DNA of 61,825 bases, filler included, from Sphacelaria rigidula (Eukaryota): assembly GCA_964200075.2 (NCBI GenBank). It is 4 parts of 4 records of this genome, joined end to end, with 100 filler letters (N's around TTAATTAATTAA, not from the genome) between each part and the next. Parts side by side here need not be neighbours in the genome. Positions count along the whole stretch, not along the records: positions 1 to 15,384 come from CAXNAA020001772.1; positions 15,485 to 30,865 come from CAXNAA020001773.1; 2 more parts are not named here. One strand, 5' to 3'. Under the pieces are notes generated by a model. That model did no database searches. It had not been told where the DNA came from and worked only from the letters and a program-made list of their open reading frames with translations. Position numbers and translations under genes: made by a program. Below are positions 13,092-24,232 of the stretch, one piece after another (positions within the stretch are counted from its first letter, which is position 1; every line of letters starts with the position of its first letter).

Positions 13092-13348
13092 GAGTGATGC
13101 TACGGTAGGGGTGTACAAATATTTTCTGAGGTTTGAAGTGTTAGGAGCCCTCTATCTCATCCAAAACACGACTGATGAAAATGTGCGAGAGTACGCCAGG
13201 ATTACTATTCCAATGTGCTGGGAATATCTTAAATTCATCTACAAACGGGGATGCCCTGACCCATATTCTTGTTCTTCTAGAATCGTTAGGAACCCCTGAA
13301 CCAGACAAAACTTCGCGAAAAAAGTGCACCCCTACCGTAGCATTGCTC
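13092..13348. mobile_element. MITE with 22-bp TIRs and 4-bp TSD (Sola-like termini)
   Basis: GAGTGATGCTACGGTAGGGGTG ... CACCCCTACCGTAGCATTGCTC flanked by TGAG on both sides. The empty site ATTGAGGATGAGAACC is present in the related element at ~14218. Confidence 0.8.
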
Positions 13349-13570
13349 TGAGGATGAGAACCCGGAGAATTCAAATATTCGTATCCACACCAAATCTTCG
13401 AAATCTAGTTCCACCCTTTCACCTACTGGTAGCTATTGATAACTACTACACGCCACACAAAATTTGGATCCTGATAACCGATATGTTGGGCTCCTAGGTG
13501 AAAAAATAACCTTTGGAGAATTCGGCGATCTGCTCGGATCGCCGAAATTCCCTGAAACTGTTTTCACCTG

Positions 13571-13817
13571 GACTGCTACCTAGATAGCCCCCCCCGAACC
13601 GGCCAAAAAAGTGCACAGAGGCGATGATCATAAATACCGTTGAAGCTGGTTTCGTGCTGCACGACGCGACTCACTGGGGCGTTATAGCTGATTCGAACTG
13701 CTACACGCATCTCATGTGGGCGAAGTTGCTGCAAACGAGCCCAATAGTGGGATCGCCGCCTGTTTGTCGGACGGTCTCCGGTGCACTTTCGGGGGGGGGG
13801 CTATCTCGGCATTAGTC
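13571..13817. mobile_element. MITE with imperfect TIRs and 4-bp TSD
   Basis: GAC..GATAGCCCCCCCCGAA ... TTCGGGGGGGGGCTATC..GTC flanked by CCTG on both sides. Empty-site equivalent TTCACCTAGGACCCCAAC at ~14434. Confidence 0.7.
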
Positions 13818-14181
13818 CCTGGGAGCCCAACATGTCGGTTACCGAAATCCAAATTTGTATGGCGTGTAGTAGTTGTCAATAGCCACCAGTAAAAGAAGAA
13901 ATGAAACTATGTTGCGAAGATTTGGTGTGGGTACGAATTTTAATTGTCCAGGATGCTTATCCTCAATAACAAATCCATCCCCAATTTGTAAAGTCTCGTG
14001 TTGATACCCTGCTCACGAGTGATGTAGATATAGCCCCCACCCCTGACCAGCCCAGAACCTGTCCCGTAAAAAACGACCATACAGGGCATGATAGTTTGAG
14101 CTCGCTCCAGAGTGCATGTATCCCCTCGTATGAGCGATGCTAGTGAAAACGATCCCAAACATGGGAGTTCCCGACTGGTTT

Positions 14182-14623
14182 AACAGCCGATCATCGAAAT
14201 TGAGGACGGAGCTTTTGATTGAGGATGAGAACCTGGCGGATTAAAATCTTCGTACCCACTCAAAATCTTCGAAATATGGTTCCCTCCCTTCACTTACTGG
14301 TAGCTATTGATAACTGCTACACGTAACACAAGTTTGGGTTTCGATAACCGAAATATTGGGGTCCTAGATGAAATCCAATTTCGGGAAATTTCGGCGATCC
14401 GATCGGATCAGCTAAATTTCCAAAAGCTGTTTCTTCACCTAGGACCCCAACATTTCGGTTATCGAAACCCAAACTTGTAGGGCGTGCAGCAGTTGTCAAT
14501 AGCTACCAGTAGGTGAAGAACTGGAACCATACTTCGTAAATTTGGTGTGGATACGAAGATTTTTATTCTCAGGGCTCTCATCCCCAATCAAAAGCTCCAT
14601 GCTCAATTTCGATGATCGGCTGT
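14182..14623. mobile_element. Fold-back element, ~440-bp imperfect palindrome, same family as 13046-14005
   Basis: ACAGCCGATCATCGAAATTGAG ... CTCAATTTCGATGATCGGCTGT, centre GATCCGATCGGATC (~14402). Confidence 0.85.
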
Positions 14624-15384
14624 CGTCTGTGTGCTCGTCTTTCGTCATTTTGAATAACACATACAGTTCGCGTCCTCAAACCAGCCGCTTTTCTGGGGGG
14701 GCTATCGCAGCATCACTCTATTTCTGGGGTTTTACAAATTGAGGACGTTTTTTTTTAAATAAAAGAGGCCACACATCACGACGGGTTAGTGCATTTGCAA
14801 TTCGTTTTCGAGAATATTTTCTATCCTCATCAAGGTTGCGAAGGTTCATTCCCAATAAAAAATCCATCCCGAGCTTGTAAAATCCCGTGTTGGAGGGGAG
14901 TACTCATCATAGATATGAGTTCAGGCCTTCCAACAGTTACTTGCAAGGAGTGATTCTCCGGTAAGGGTGCGCTTCTTAGTCCAAACCTTTGCTGGGGCTG
15001 CACACTACGACCCAGAAGCTTGTCATCGGGACGCTCCTACAGTGCTGAGTTTCAGAGAAAGTTTTTCACCCCTACCGTAAACCAGCTCCAATGCAACGGT
15101 GATCGTACGCATTCAGGTGCCCTTGGAAATGGAGGTGTACGTTTCGGAGAGAGAAAACGAAAGACTTGGGTACACCCGGTGCGTTTTCCGCCACAGAGAG
15201 GTATGCGGCGGTTTTGGCCAATCAATTACCCGGCTAGAAAGCCGATTGACTTCTGCTATTGTATCCCTACACTATGCACCTAAACCTTGGCGCAATTGCG
15301 TCCCGGTGTGCCTGGATCTCTCTCTCTCGCCCCCCACCAACCACCCCCCCCCGCACAAACACCCCCCCAGAACCGCGTCCTCCC

Positions 15385-15484
15385 NNNNNNNNNNNNNNNN
15401 NNNNNNNNNNNNNNNNNNNNNNNNNNNNTTAATTAATTAANNNNNNNNNNNNNNNNNNNNNNNNNNNNNNNNNNNNNNNNNNNN
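15385..15484. other. Artificial contig linker N44-TTAATTAATTAA-N44
   Basis: 100-bp spacer with stops in all frames, identical at three positions. Confidence 0.98.
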
Positions 15485-15566
15485 AGTCGTGTTTTGGATG
15501 AGATAAGGGGCTCTTAACAATTCTAACCTCAGAAATTATTTCTGAACCCCTACCGTAGCATCACTC
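15485..15566 (-). mobile_element. End of another copy of the 13092-13348 MITE family, cut by the contig edge
   Basis: Reverse complement of 13092-13173, ending CCCCTACCGTAGCATCACTC. Confidence 0.75.
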
Positions 15567-16479
15567 AGAAATGTTCCAACTCCGTGAAAATAAAGAAATA
15601 CAGGGGTATCTCTAGCGTCCTTGCGAGTCCTTGTGTGAAGGAGAGCCTGGTACAATTTCGGCCAAAAATTCCAGACTTTTGGCGCAGCTTCCAACTTCTC
15701 GTGTGGTGAAGGTGCACGCCTTTAATTCGAGCGATGCAGTTGACTTCAGTTATGGAGGTCACGAGTTCGAATCACGACGGATTCCTTTTTTTTTGCTCCG
15801 TCGGTTAGGTGATACATAATGCAGTACATTTTTATTTCATTCAGCGGCGGTCCCGTGCGTTACCACGTTGGTCTGCAGGTCACGCCGATGTACTGAAGTC
15901 GGGCTGATTTGGTAAACTTGATGAGTTATGGTGTGACATGCAAATGCGGGATTTACTGCTGGCCGACCTCGTACAATGCCGGGATACCATAAATTCCCAA
16001 CTGATGGGCTACCTCACATCATACCCTTGCCTCCAAGTTGTTTGTTTGCGCTGGTCACGGCGCAGTGAACCACATGTGCCTCACAGCAGCCAAATTGTAC
16101 GACTATCCTCCTCAGATATAGAAAAAATACTTTCGCTTTTTTTGCGATCTCATATCTTGGGTTGTAGCAGATAATCGACATCATCAGCCGAGTTTCTCGC
16201 TGAGCATGGATGACGTCGAATAACTCATGGAACCATCTGCTCTCGCGCGATAGAACCGCACAAAAATACGCAAAAAGGCTTGAGATTCACGCAGCGACAG
16301 AGTCTACAATCACGATCGACCCACCAAGGGGCTTAAGTGCTAATCAAGAGGGCTGCACTACCCCCCTTGACAGTGCTTGATAGCCCTCACGGGTAGCCCT
16401 GTGTCAATCACATGTCACGTGCATGTATTGAGGTTCAATCTCTCACGAAACGACGTTACAAGGACTTGCCGCTGTGCCC

Positions 16480-16650
16480 CGGGAATCTCACTGGTGCATC
16501 AATAGTCAGTTGTGGCCGAAGGATGTGGGATCGATTCCCAACAGATACGGTCTTGCTGAGCAGGATCTAGATTCCGTCGTTGAAAGCCTGAAGAGTAGCA
16601 AAGGGAACTCGATGAGGGTCATCGGGGTGCCGGAGTGCTCATTCAGTTCT
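16480..16650 (+). mobile_element. Degenerate tRNA-derived SINE (family A)
   Basis: B-box-like GGGATCGATTCC followed by the core CCGTCGTTGAAAGC shared with 20040-20590. Confidence 0.45.
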
Positions 16651-17429
16651 CGAGAGCAGAATGTCAGGCACGTACTGGGGGAGAGATGCGTTGATACCTC
16701 AAGACTACGAACACATCCCGAGGAGGAAGGGGTACGTCCGAAGTATGGCGGACGTAAAAGAACTGCTTGGACAAGACTTTATACACCACTGTTGACATTG
16801 TACAGCATAGGGCAGAAAGACTACACAAGCAACAAGTGTTCACGCATAGTGTTGATGTTCGCCCAATACGGAACCAAGCGCTCTCGATCGTCGCACCTTG
16901 TACGTTAGTAGACCCAGGCTATTTTTGGGTATGTGCGCATTCTATCATAGGGTTCTGTAGGCGATGCTGCATGTCCAGAGACGTGAGACACACAGTTTGC
17001 ATGTGCAGACACCCTGACGCTTCCTGGCGGCCATGAAGAGTTTCTTTGCCGGGTTTTTGATGAAGGTGCTCATATTTTCGATTCAGGCGAGGGTTGGGAT
17101 ATTCCTCGAGCACAGGAAATTGGGAGCAGTTCGGTCGCGGTGTAGGGCCGGTGGTTGCCCAAATCAAGTTGTCTACTATGTGATTTGACAGTGAATTTGA
17201 TGTAATATGTCATTACCTACTTTGAGTAAATTAATCCGTACCAAACGGAATGTTGGTGGCATATGGTCGTTGGTTGTGTTGAGCCCGAAGAATTTTGAGT
17301 ACGTCATGTAGCACTTTGACTTTCGGTGGTGTCCATAATCCCTTCGTTTCACCATACTTTTGAGTTCTTCCCTTATTCGGCACGAGGCCGTAGTCTCAAT
17401 CGCACAACCTACCATATCTTCCTTTGTAC

Positions 17430-17630
17430 CTGCCTGAAGTTCCGTAATCAAGGATTCGACCAGCACTCCTGCACCCCATCCGTTCTCGCCGACTTTCAAT
17501 GCTTTTCGCGTCCTCACACTTTCAACGATGGCAAGCAGATTTTAACAAGAAGAGATCGTATCTGCCGCGATTCGAATCCGTAAGCTTGGACACTAGCTGA
17601 CTAATGGCACACCAGTTGGACCATCATCCC
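17430..17630 (-). mobile_element. Degenerate tRNA-derived SINE (family A)
   Basis: Minus strand GGATTCGAATCGC..CCATCGTTGAAAGTGTGAGGACG..GGTGCAGGAGTGCTGG. Confidence 0.5.
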
Positions 17631-17825
17631 CTCAGAAGTCTTCATCCTTTCCCCTCCATCAAATGTCAACATCAGGGGTCTCGGTGTCCTGACTTGAATT
17701 TGCAACACCCCTACATAGACCGAAAGTGATTTTTATTGTTTTCTCAAATGCTTTTTCCCTCCTTTCCTCCCCCCTTCCCCCTTGACGTAATCGGCGCGCG
17801 TTCTTCGGTGTTTCGAATAATACAG

Positions 17826-18872
17826 GTACGCGATAACCTGGTCCCAATAGTTCCACTCGAGAGGTTGGGCACCCGGCAGTCATCCCGAGGGCCCACCCAT
17901 CCACCTGGCAGGCACAGGCACCGTCATCTCCGCCGCCCGAAGACGACAATCGGAACTGGGATATCATCCCGCATCCATGACAAAGGTCGACAACTTCGAG
18001 ACAAGACCAGTCACTTGCTACACCCCATAAGCGAAGGAAAGACGGGCAAATTTGGCTCATTGTCTACTCCGCTGAAAAAGAAATGGGGAGAGGCGCATAC
18101 CGTCGGGCCTCGAAGCAGTGGTTCCTATGCCGGTGGCATGGCAGATAATTGGCTGGGGCGAACACGGGGATCTAAGCAGGTTGTCCGAGCCGGGGTGGAA
18201 GCTGTTGCTGGTCTGCCCCTCTCTGGCGACGAACGACCGGATGTGCGCGAAGCAACGCCCACTTCTAGTGCTGCCACAGGCCTAGGGGCGCTCGAGTTAC
18301 CGCACACACGAAGTCCACCCACTGCATGCGGCTTTTTGGGCGAGAACTTTCTCTCTGACCAAACCGAAGCGACGAACGTCATAGGCGATGATGTCAACAC
18401 TTCATCATCTCCAACTTTACTGCTAGGGCCACGGCAAAAACAACTGCTGCCCGGTACGGGCAATCTAATACAAACACCATTGTCATCGTTGAACATGGGG
18501 GAGATGGGACAAATGCGGCAATCCAAATCGTCACCACAAGTTCCCGTCTGCCCAAGTCAGCCGAAATTGGAGTCACCAGTGCCACCATGGGAGGGGGAGG
18601 CGGTCGGCCCCTGTGAAGAGCAGGCGGATCCCCAACTCAACAGATTCGCAACGATGATCCCGGGGGCAGTTGGGGGGACGGAAGTGTTGCAGTGTACGGA
18701 TAGCCACCGACAATGGGGTGGCTTCGGACCGGGATATGTACCTCGATATTTCCGGGGAAAGTTCGGTGTAGCCGGCCAAAAGAAGACCATCGTGGGTAGA
18801 AGATCGGAAAGTGGGGGGAAAGGGGTCGGGGTAACGGTTGGAAGGAAGATCAGTGAGAAGAACGAACAATAG
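17826..18872 (+). CDS. Probable long terminal exon of an unidentified gene (G/P/S-rich, disordered-looking)
   Basis: 348 open codons, preceded by a strong polypyrimidine tract (17752-17784) and the acceptor TACAG|GTA, ending in TAG. No recognisable domain. Confidence 0.55.
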   Translation, partial: VRDNLVPIVPLERLGTRQSSRGPTHPPGRHRHRHLRRPKTTIGTGISSRIHDKGRQLRDKTSHLLHPISEGKTGKFGSLSTPLKKKWGEAHTVGPRSSGSYAGGMADNWLGRTRGSKQVVRAGVEAVAGLPLSGDERPDVREATPTSSAATGLGALELPHTRSPPTACGFLGENFLSDQTEATNVIGDDVNTSSSPTLLLGPRQKQLLPGTGNLIQTPLSSLNMGEMGQMRQSKSSPQVPVCPSQPKLESPVPPWEGEAVGPCEEQADPQLNRFATMIPGAVGGTEVLQCTDSHRQWGGFGPGYVPRYFRGKFGVAGQKKTIVGRRSESGGKGVGVTVGRKISEKNEQ

Positions 18873-19617
18873 ACGTTCCTGTACCTGCGCTCAACACGAT
18901 GTTGACAGCGAGCTTGCGCAGGATCATGGTCCGATTTTTTCGTTCACTGGGTACAAATCAAACATATGAGGGCTCGCATGGAACAGCTGAGCAGACGTAA
19001 CAGCGGAGCAGGGCTGCGCTACTTTGACGATGACGACGGAGTCTGAACGTTCTAGCGTGTGGCAGAATTGAGTATATTGAGCGGGACCCTTGTCCTTTTA
19101 TGGAAGCCAGGTTTCTGTGCACCATTTTCGCGTGTTGTGATCCAATTACATACTTACTTTTCCCGAGTATCGACATGCGTTACACTCGTCGTTCAGCCCA
19201 CATTTATGTCCACATTAAACCACCTTGCATGAAGCTGGCGACCTCCACGAAAAAAGGGCATGTGTGCTTACATTTTGCCCCAACGTGCGCCCATCTTGGG
19301 CCCGCGGCTAGATTCGTAGCGGGTCAGCGAATGTGCGACAGTCGAACAACTACTCAGTCAACATTCATCACGAGACAAGACACAGGATGTTTGCCCCTTT
19401 GGAGATGACCTCTCTGCAAGGCAACATCAGCGGTGATATGAACAATACGGCACTTTCGACGATGGTGGTTACGGTGGCGGTGGTGGTATCTACCCAGCAA
19501 CCGACAACACTTCATGCCCAGACACAGGTGTCTGCTCCATGTCCACTGAGCTCTCTTTCGAGACCTCCGCCACATCGCTCGAACCCACGTCTTTTCGCGG
19601 ATACTCAGAGCTTCTCT

Positions 19618-22600
19618 CTATTTTTGGAGCGCCAGACGTTTGCCCCTCGCTCTTCCCCAACGCGGCTTTCTCCATTTCTCCCCTTTGCTTGCAGCGGACG
19701 CTGCCGCAGCCGCAGCCGCCTCCTCGACCAGATCCTCACCGGATAAGAAATTTCGCAGAGTCTCGGTCGCATCCCTTACTGCCGCTTCTAGGAGCTGCTG
19801 CCCGTGCTCGGGCGTGGCCAAGCCTGGGTTACTGAACATTCTGCCGTCCGGGAAGCGTGCGCGGAAGTCTTGCGAGTCCATTACCGAGAGTCCCGTTCGT
19901 TCATCTTTGTAGCGCTTGGTCATGCCCTTAAGGTCCTTCGCCACCTACAGTACGTGTGCAATAGGGGGGCGAATGTTTGGGACACAAAAATAAGGACAGT
20001 GGTCAGCAGTTCGCGTCACAAAATTCGCTTGGAAAAAAATGGCATGTGCGATGTTTTACGTCAACAACTGACACTTGGGTCGAGAAAACATGGGTTCGAC
20101 TCTTGCCACATGCGCGAAGTTCGTTTTTTTTCTACAAAATATCTGGTGTCCGTCGTTGAAAGCGTGAGGACGTCAACAGCACAAAACAGTTTGACTGAAT
20201 TTGTTTGACGAAAGCCAATCCGATGCAGGAGTGTTGATACAATCCGGGATACCAAAATGTAAGGCTTGCCACCGCACCCCGGTGGTATAATAGTCCGACT
20301 GTCGCCATTAGGGTGGAGAGGGCGAGGGTTCGATTCTCGATGGGTTGGGTTTTTCTTCGTAGGATCTGATCTCCACCGTGGAAAGCGTGAGAAGGTGAGT
20401 GACCAGAGTGGTCGACTGAGTTTGTTTGATGTGAGATGACGCCGTGCGGGAGTGCTGATCCGATCCGCGAGGCCAAAATGAAAGGCGTGTACCGGGGGAG
20501 AGATGGCTTGGTCCCTTGAGACCACGGACTCGTCCCGAGGAAAGGGGGGGGCTTCAAAGTGCGACAAATAAATAAAATAAAATAAAATAAAGGCGTGTGC
20601 GTACCGGGGGAGATATAATCGGGCTGATTCCTTCAGACCATCGACAAAAAGAGGAAGAAGAACCTTGAATATGCTGTGGGTCCATCATCGATTACCACAA
20701 ATGGAATAAGTGATGGTTCAGTGCAGAGAAAATCTGCTGGACGTACGCGATTGATATCTTCCACCCAAGTGGCTTTAATACCCAAGTCTCGATCGTGAGT
20801 GTGCGTATACTTATATGAAAGTTCGTCTGGATAAAGTCTTTTGGGGTCGGCTACTCAAGTGCTGCCATGCACGTCTAGTGGCCACACCGTTGGTGCAATG
20901 GTCAAACCACACCGAATGGAGCCGGACTCGCAGCCCACGACTTGGAAGCAGAGAGCAAGCGAAATGAACGGTAAACAAACACGGTACACAGCACACAGCG
21001 ACGACCTAGGGTATCTTATCGCCGCAACCGCACCCGGTGTTGAGCCTCCATCTGCTGGGAACTGTAAGTGAAGTGGTAGGCAGGTGCTTACAGTAGTGTG
21101 CCTGATTGACCCCAGACGCCAACGGAGTCCTCAGATGCCTACCTGAACAGCCGCTGGATCTAACGTAACCCCAGTCTTGATGAACTCCGGGAAGAGATGC
21201 TGAGTCACCGCCACCTGCGGAAAGCACCCGGCACATACGTTCCAGCACATGGCGAGAACCGGGGCACGGTGATCGAATCAGGGGGAGGATTATTCGTTAG
21301 CCGCAAAACGTTTCAGATTGCTGGGTACGTGGAATCGATGGGCAACCAAACAACAGATCGATTGTGTTAAAAGTACCGTGGGCTTAGGAGTGAACGAAGT
21401 AGAGTGACGATATGCGAGTATGTCCACTACAGGCTCCCTGATCACGAGTGAGAACATATATGTTCATGATGGGGTTAGAACGGCACAAGGAAGAAGTCAC
21501 GATATTTTTCTCACAGGAATAAATCCTCACCTCGTCTGGCGTAGCGTGTTGCCCCACTTCGTTGCCGTAGAGCTCCTTCGCGAGTGCCGAGGACTCCCGC
21601 CCCGCGTACCAGCTAATTAGCTTGAGTCTTGCAGCCACCGTGGGATTATTGTCGCTGCTCCCGACAGGTTCGCCTCCAGACTCCTTCGCGTCAGCACCAC
21701 GGGCGGTATCGTTGTCTTCACCTCCGCTGTTGCCTCGCATTGCTGTGCTCGGTCGCTTTTCAAATCCGTCATTTTCCTGTTGCTGCTGCCTCTCCCGTTG
21801 CTGTTCTCGATGTATCTTCAGTTCGGAAAACGCGGCGTAGGTGGGACCCACGTTTCCTCCATGTCCTGTTCGTTTTCATGCATGCGTACGGGTGCACATC
21901 TGGTGCGTATTGGCCTGTAACTCTTGCCTTGATGGCCACAATGAGCAGGAAGAGATGTTGTAGGACTCGGGGAACAACGAGCAACGTGAGCGGATTGAAT
22001 AGCGACGGTTTGCGTGTTACCGGCACCGCTATTCGGTGATTTCGAACTCGAAAATCGCCAGTCTAGACAGCTATGAGAGAGAACCTTTCGTGTTGAACGT
22101 AAAGGGTCAAGCGACCGTTCAGTCGCGTGGGTATAGTAGTACAATCGACTGCCTCGGCGTCCTGAGCACTCCTCTTGACCCACCGTTGATAAACAGTATA
22201 TGCGTAAAGCCACTCCGCTCTAACGAGGCCGCGACGTCTCGCACAACGCCGACGAACGTCGCGGGTGATAACGTGACCGTCCCTGCGAACGATCCGTGAT
22301 GCGCCGACATCCCGTAGTTGACAGACGGAGCAAGGACAGCGCCTGTCGCCGCAGATACTCCCCTCGCAACAGCCTGAGATGGCGTCGATCGAGGGAGACG
22401 GAACGTGCGGCATGTCCGTGGACGAGACAGAGGGGCGAGTAAATAACCAAGCTGAAAGGAAAGGCAAAAAACAAAATGAAGGGAATGCAAAACGCGAGGA
22501 GGGTCAACTGCGCTTAGGCGGCATGTGAATTTTTCCGGCCATGGTTCTGTAACACTAGAATGCCGGAAACTGGCGAAGGACGTAGCGCCGCCATCACGCC

Positions 22601-22948
22601 CCCTGTCTTCGAGTATTCCGGGAGATGCAGTACCACTGTGCTGCACAATGCAGTAGGGTACAGTGAAAAAAGCGCCGAAGGCTGCTGCCGAGGACAACCT
22701 GCACTGCAGACTACAGTAATTACACTGTCCTATCGTAATTTTTCTTCACCGCCTACATGGATATTTCAGCTTTCGACAATGAGACACCGCTCAGCAGATG
22801 AGTGACCAGATCGCCTGCAGGACGGGCTGAGTGTAGAACCAAGCTGTACAACATATACAAACCTCGGCAGTCATGTGATCCGTTCCAATAAGCCCATTCG
22901 GACCGTGTTGTTCCGTGGCCCCCAGAGGAACGATCACCGCGGCTGAAC
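19618..22948 (-). CDS. Creatininase/creatinine amidohydrolase family protein (spliced; 5' exon(s) unresolved)
   Basis: GT-AG exons in compatible phase: 22948-22863 ([25 protein letters not shown]), 22373-22184 ([25 protein letters not shown]), 21865-21531 ([13 protein letters not shown]), 21214-21143 ([10 protein letters not shown]), 19944-19618 ([23 protein letters not shown]..stop). The family motifs EQHG, GTD, NGHGGN and HAxxxE are present. Confidence 0.92.
20040..20675 (+). mobile_element. Nested tRNA-derived SINEs (family A): complete copy 20277-20590 inside an older copy
   Basis: Inner copy has A-box GGTGGTATAATAG, B-box GGTTCGATTC, core and tail AAGTGCGACAA(ATAA)n. The outer copy has the same core at 20040-20270 and resumes at 20591 (AAGGCGTG..GTACCGGGGGAGA). 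Confidence 0.7.
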
Positions 22949-24232
22949 CTGTCTGGGGGCGGTGGAGTGCCCAAACGATGGCGAGATGGCGAAACAAGGT
23001 ACGTGACAAATGACCGTACAATGAGCGGGCCGCACAGGTGTAAAACATGCGGGGGGGTTCGGCTTGTGGTCATGATACCATGGTAGGGCGTTCAAGTGAG
23101 TCAGCACGAATTCTGACCTCCACGAATTTCCTGTATTCTTGAAAAGCCCAACTCTGGTTTGTGGATCACATCATCAATACGCCCTGATCGCTAGCACAGC
23201 CGCCCTGTGGGCTATGCGCGAGATTTTGAAAGCCGTAGAACTTACCCATGCTAAACCTATGAACTGGTGTGATCCACTGCTCTCATTATGCTGTGTGGGG
23301 AGGCACTTTGGGCGCTGTTCTTATCGATATCAAAAGGCTTGTATCTTCAGCAAAATAGTCACGAGCAAAAAATGACGTGTGCGTGTTCAACCGATGAATG
23401 AAGATAACCTGTCTGAGCTACTTTGAGAGGATATTCATAGCTAGTTGGTGCGCTGTACTGGATGGAATTTAGCGGGACTTTCGATGACGACATAGATTCA
23501 AATATTACAACAGCTGTTATTACCATCACTGTCATTTTTTACCGTCCACTTCTTTGACCTCGTTGCGTCTTATGTCTGAGATGGTGATGAAGCACGTGAC
23601 ACTAGATCGGGCAAAACACTGTGGGCTCGAGGGGGGGTACCATGGTGGAAACGGTGGTTCCTGCCCAGTCGCAACTCACTACGTTTCAATACTGAGGGTA
23701 CGTCTGTGTACTGCTCGTAAGCGGTGTTATAATACTCGATAAGTGACTGGCAGTAACGGGGTCGGACTGTTCTTCGACGTCTGCTAGGTCGATAGTTTCG
23801 GTTGCCAAAGACCCCCGATCTTCAGTGGTCCTCCCGGTGTGGTCCGCATTGTGTGACACTAAAACCGCCACCCCCAGGGTAAACGGTGTTTGGCGACGGC
23901 TGCTGAAAGGCCCACTAGTGTCGCGGGAGCGTATACTACACGACTATACGACAGCAGTGCAGGGTGCATGGACAACCTATCGCTTTTCTTGCGTGCGACG
24001 GTCGACAGTGCCAGAAGAGTAATCTTACAAGGACGCGGAACGTGACGTGTGACGTGCTCACGTACTTGCGCACGATTTTTCCCGCTTGCTTAGACCTGCG
24101 ACTGGTTGTATATGATATCATGAGCATATCATGATATGACACGTTATATCCCATCATGAGGATATCATGTGCTATGCTACTGATATATATATATATATAT
24201 ATGTACATACAAGTTTTAAATAAAATCTCTAG

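Larger units (their letters stand above)
13046..14005. mobile_element. Fold-back (palindromic) non-autonomous element, interrupted by two MITEs
   Basis: After removing 13092-13348 and 13571-13817, the left part is the reverse complement of 13818-14005 around the centre GGCGATCTGCTCGGATCGCC (~13533). Confidence 0.75.

Noticed and set aside
15429..15440. TTAATTAATTAA as a biological motif
   Set aside because: It sits at the centre of each N run and is a synthetic all-frame stop linker.
13092..15566. Inverted match 13092-13173 vs 15485-15566 as TIRs of one 2.5-kb transposon
   Set aside because: The copies lie on different contigs across an artificial linker, and the first already has its own partner TIR and TSD at 13348.
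15715..15795. Functional tRNA genes here and at 20277, 30430, 33450, 42810 and 57310
   Set aside because: A/B boxes are visible but no convincing cloverleaf, and most continue into shared SINE bodies.
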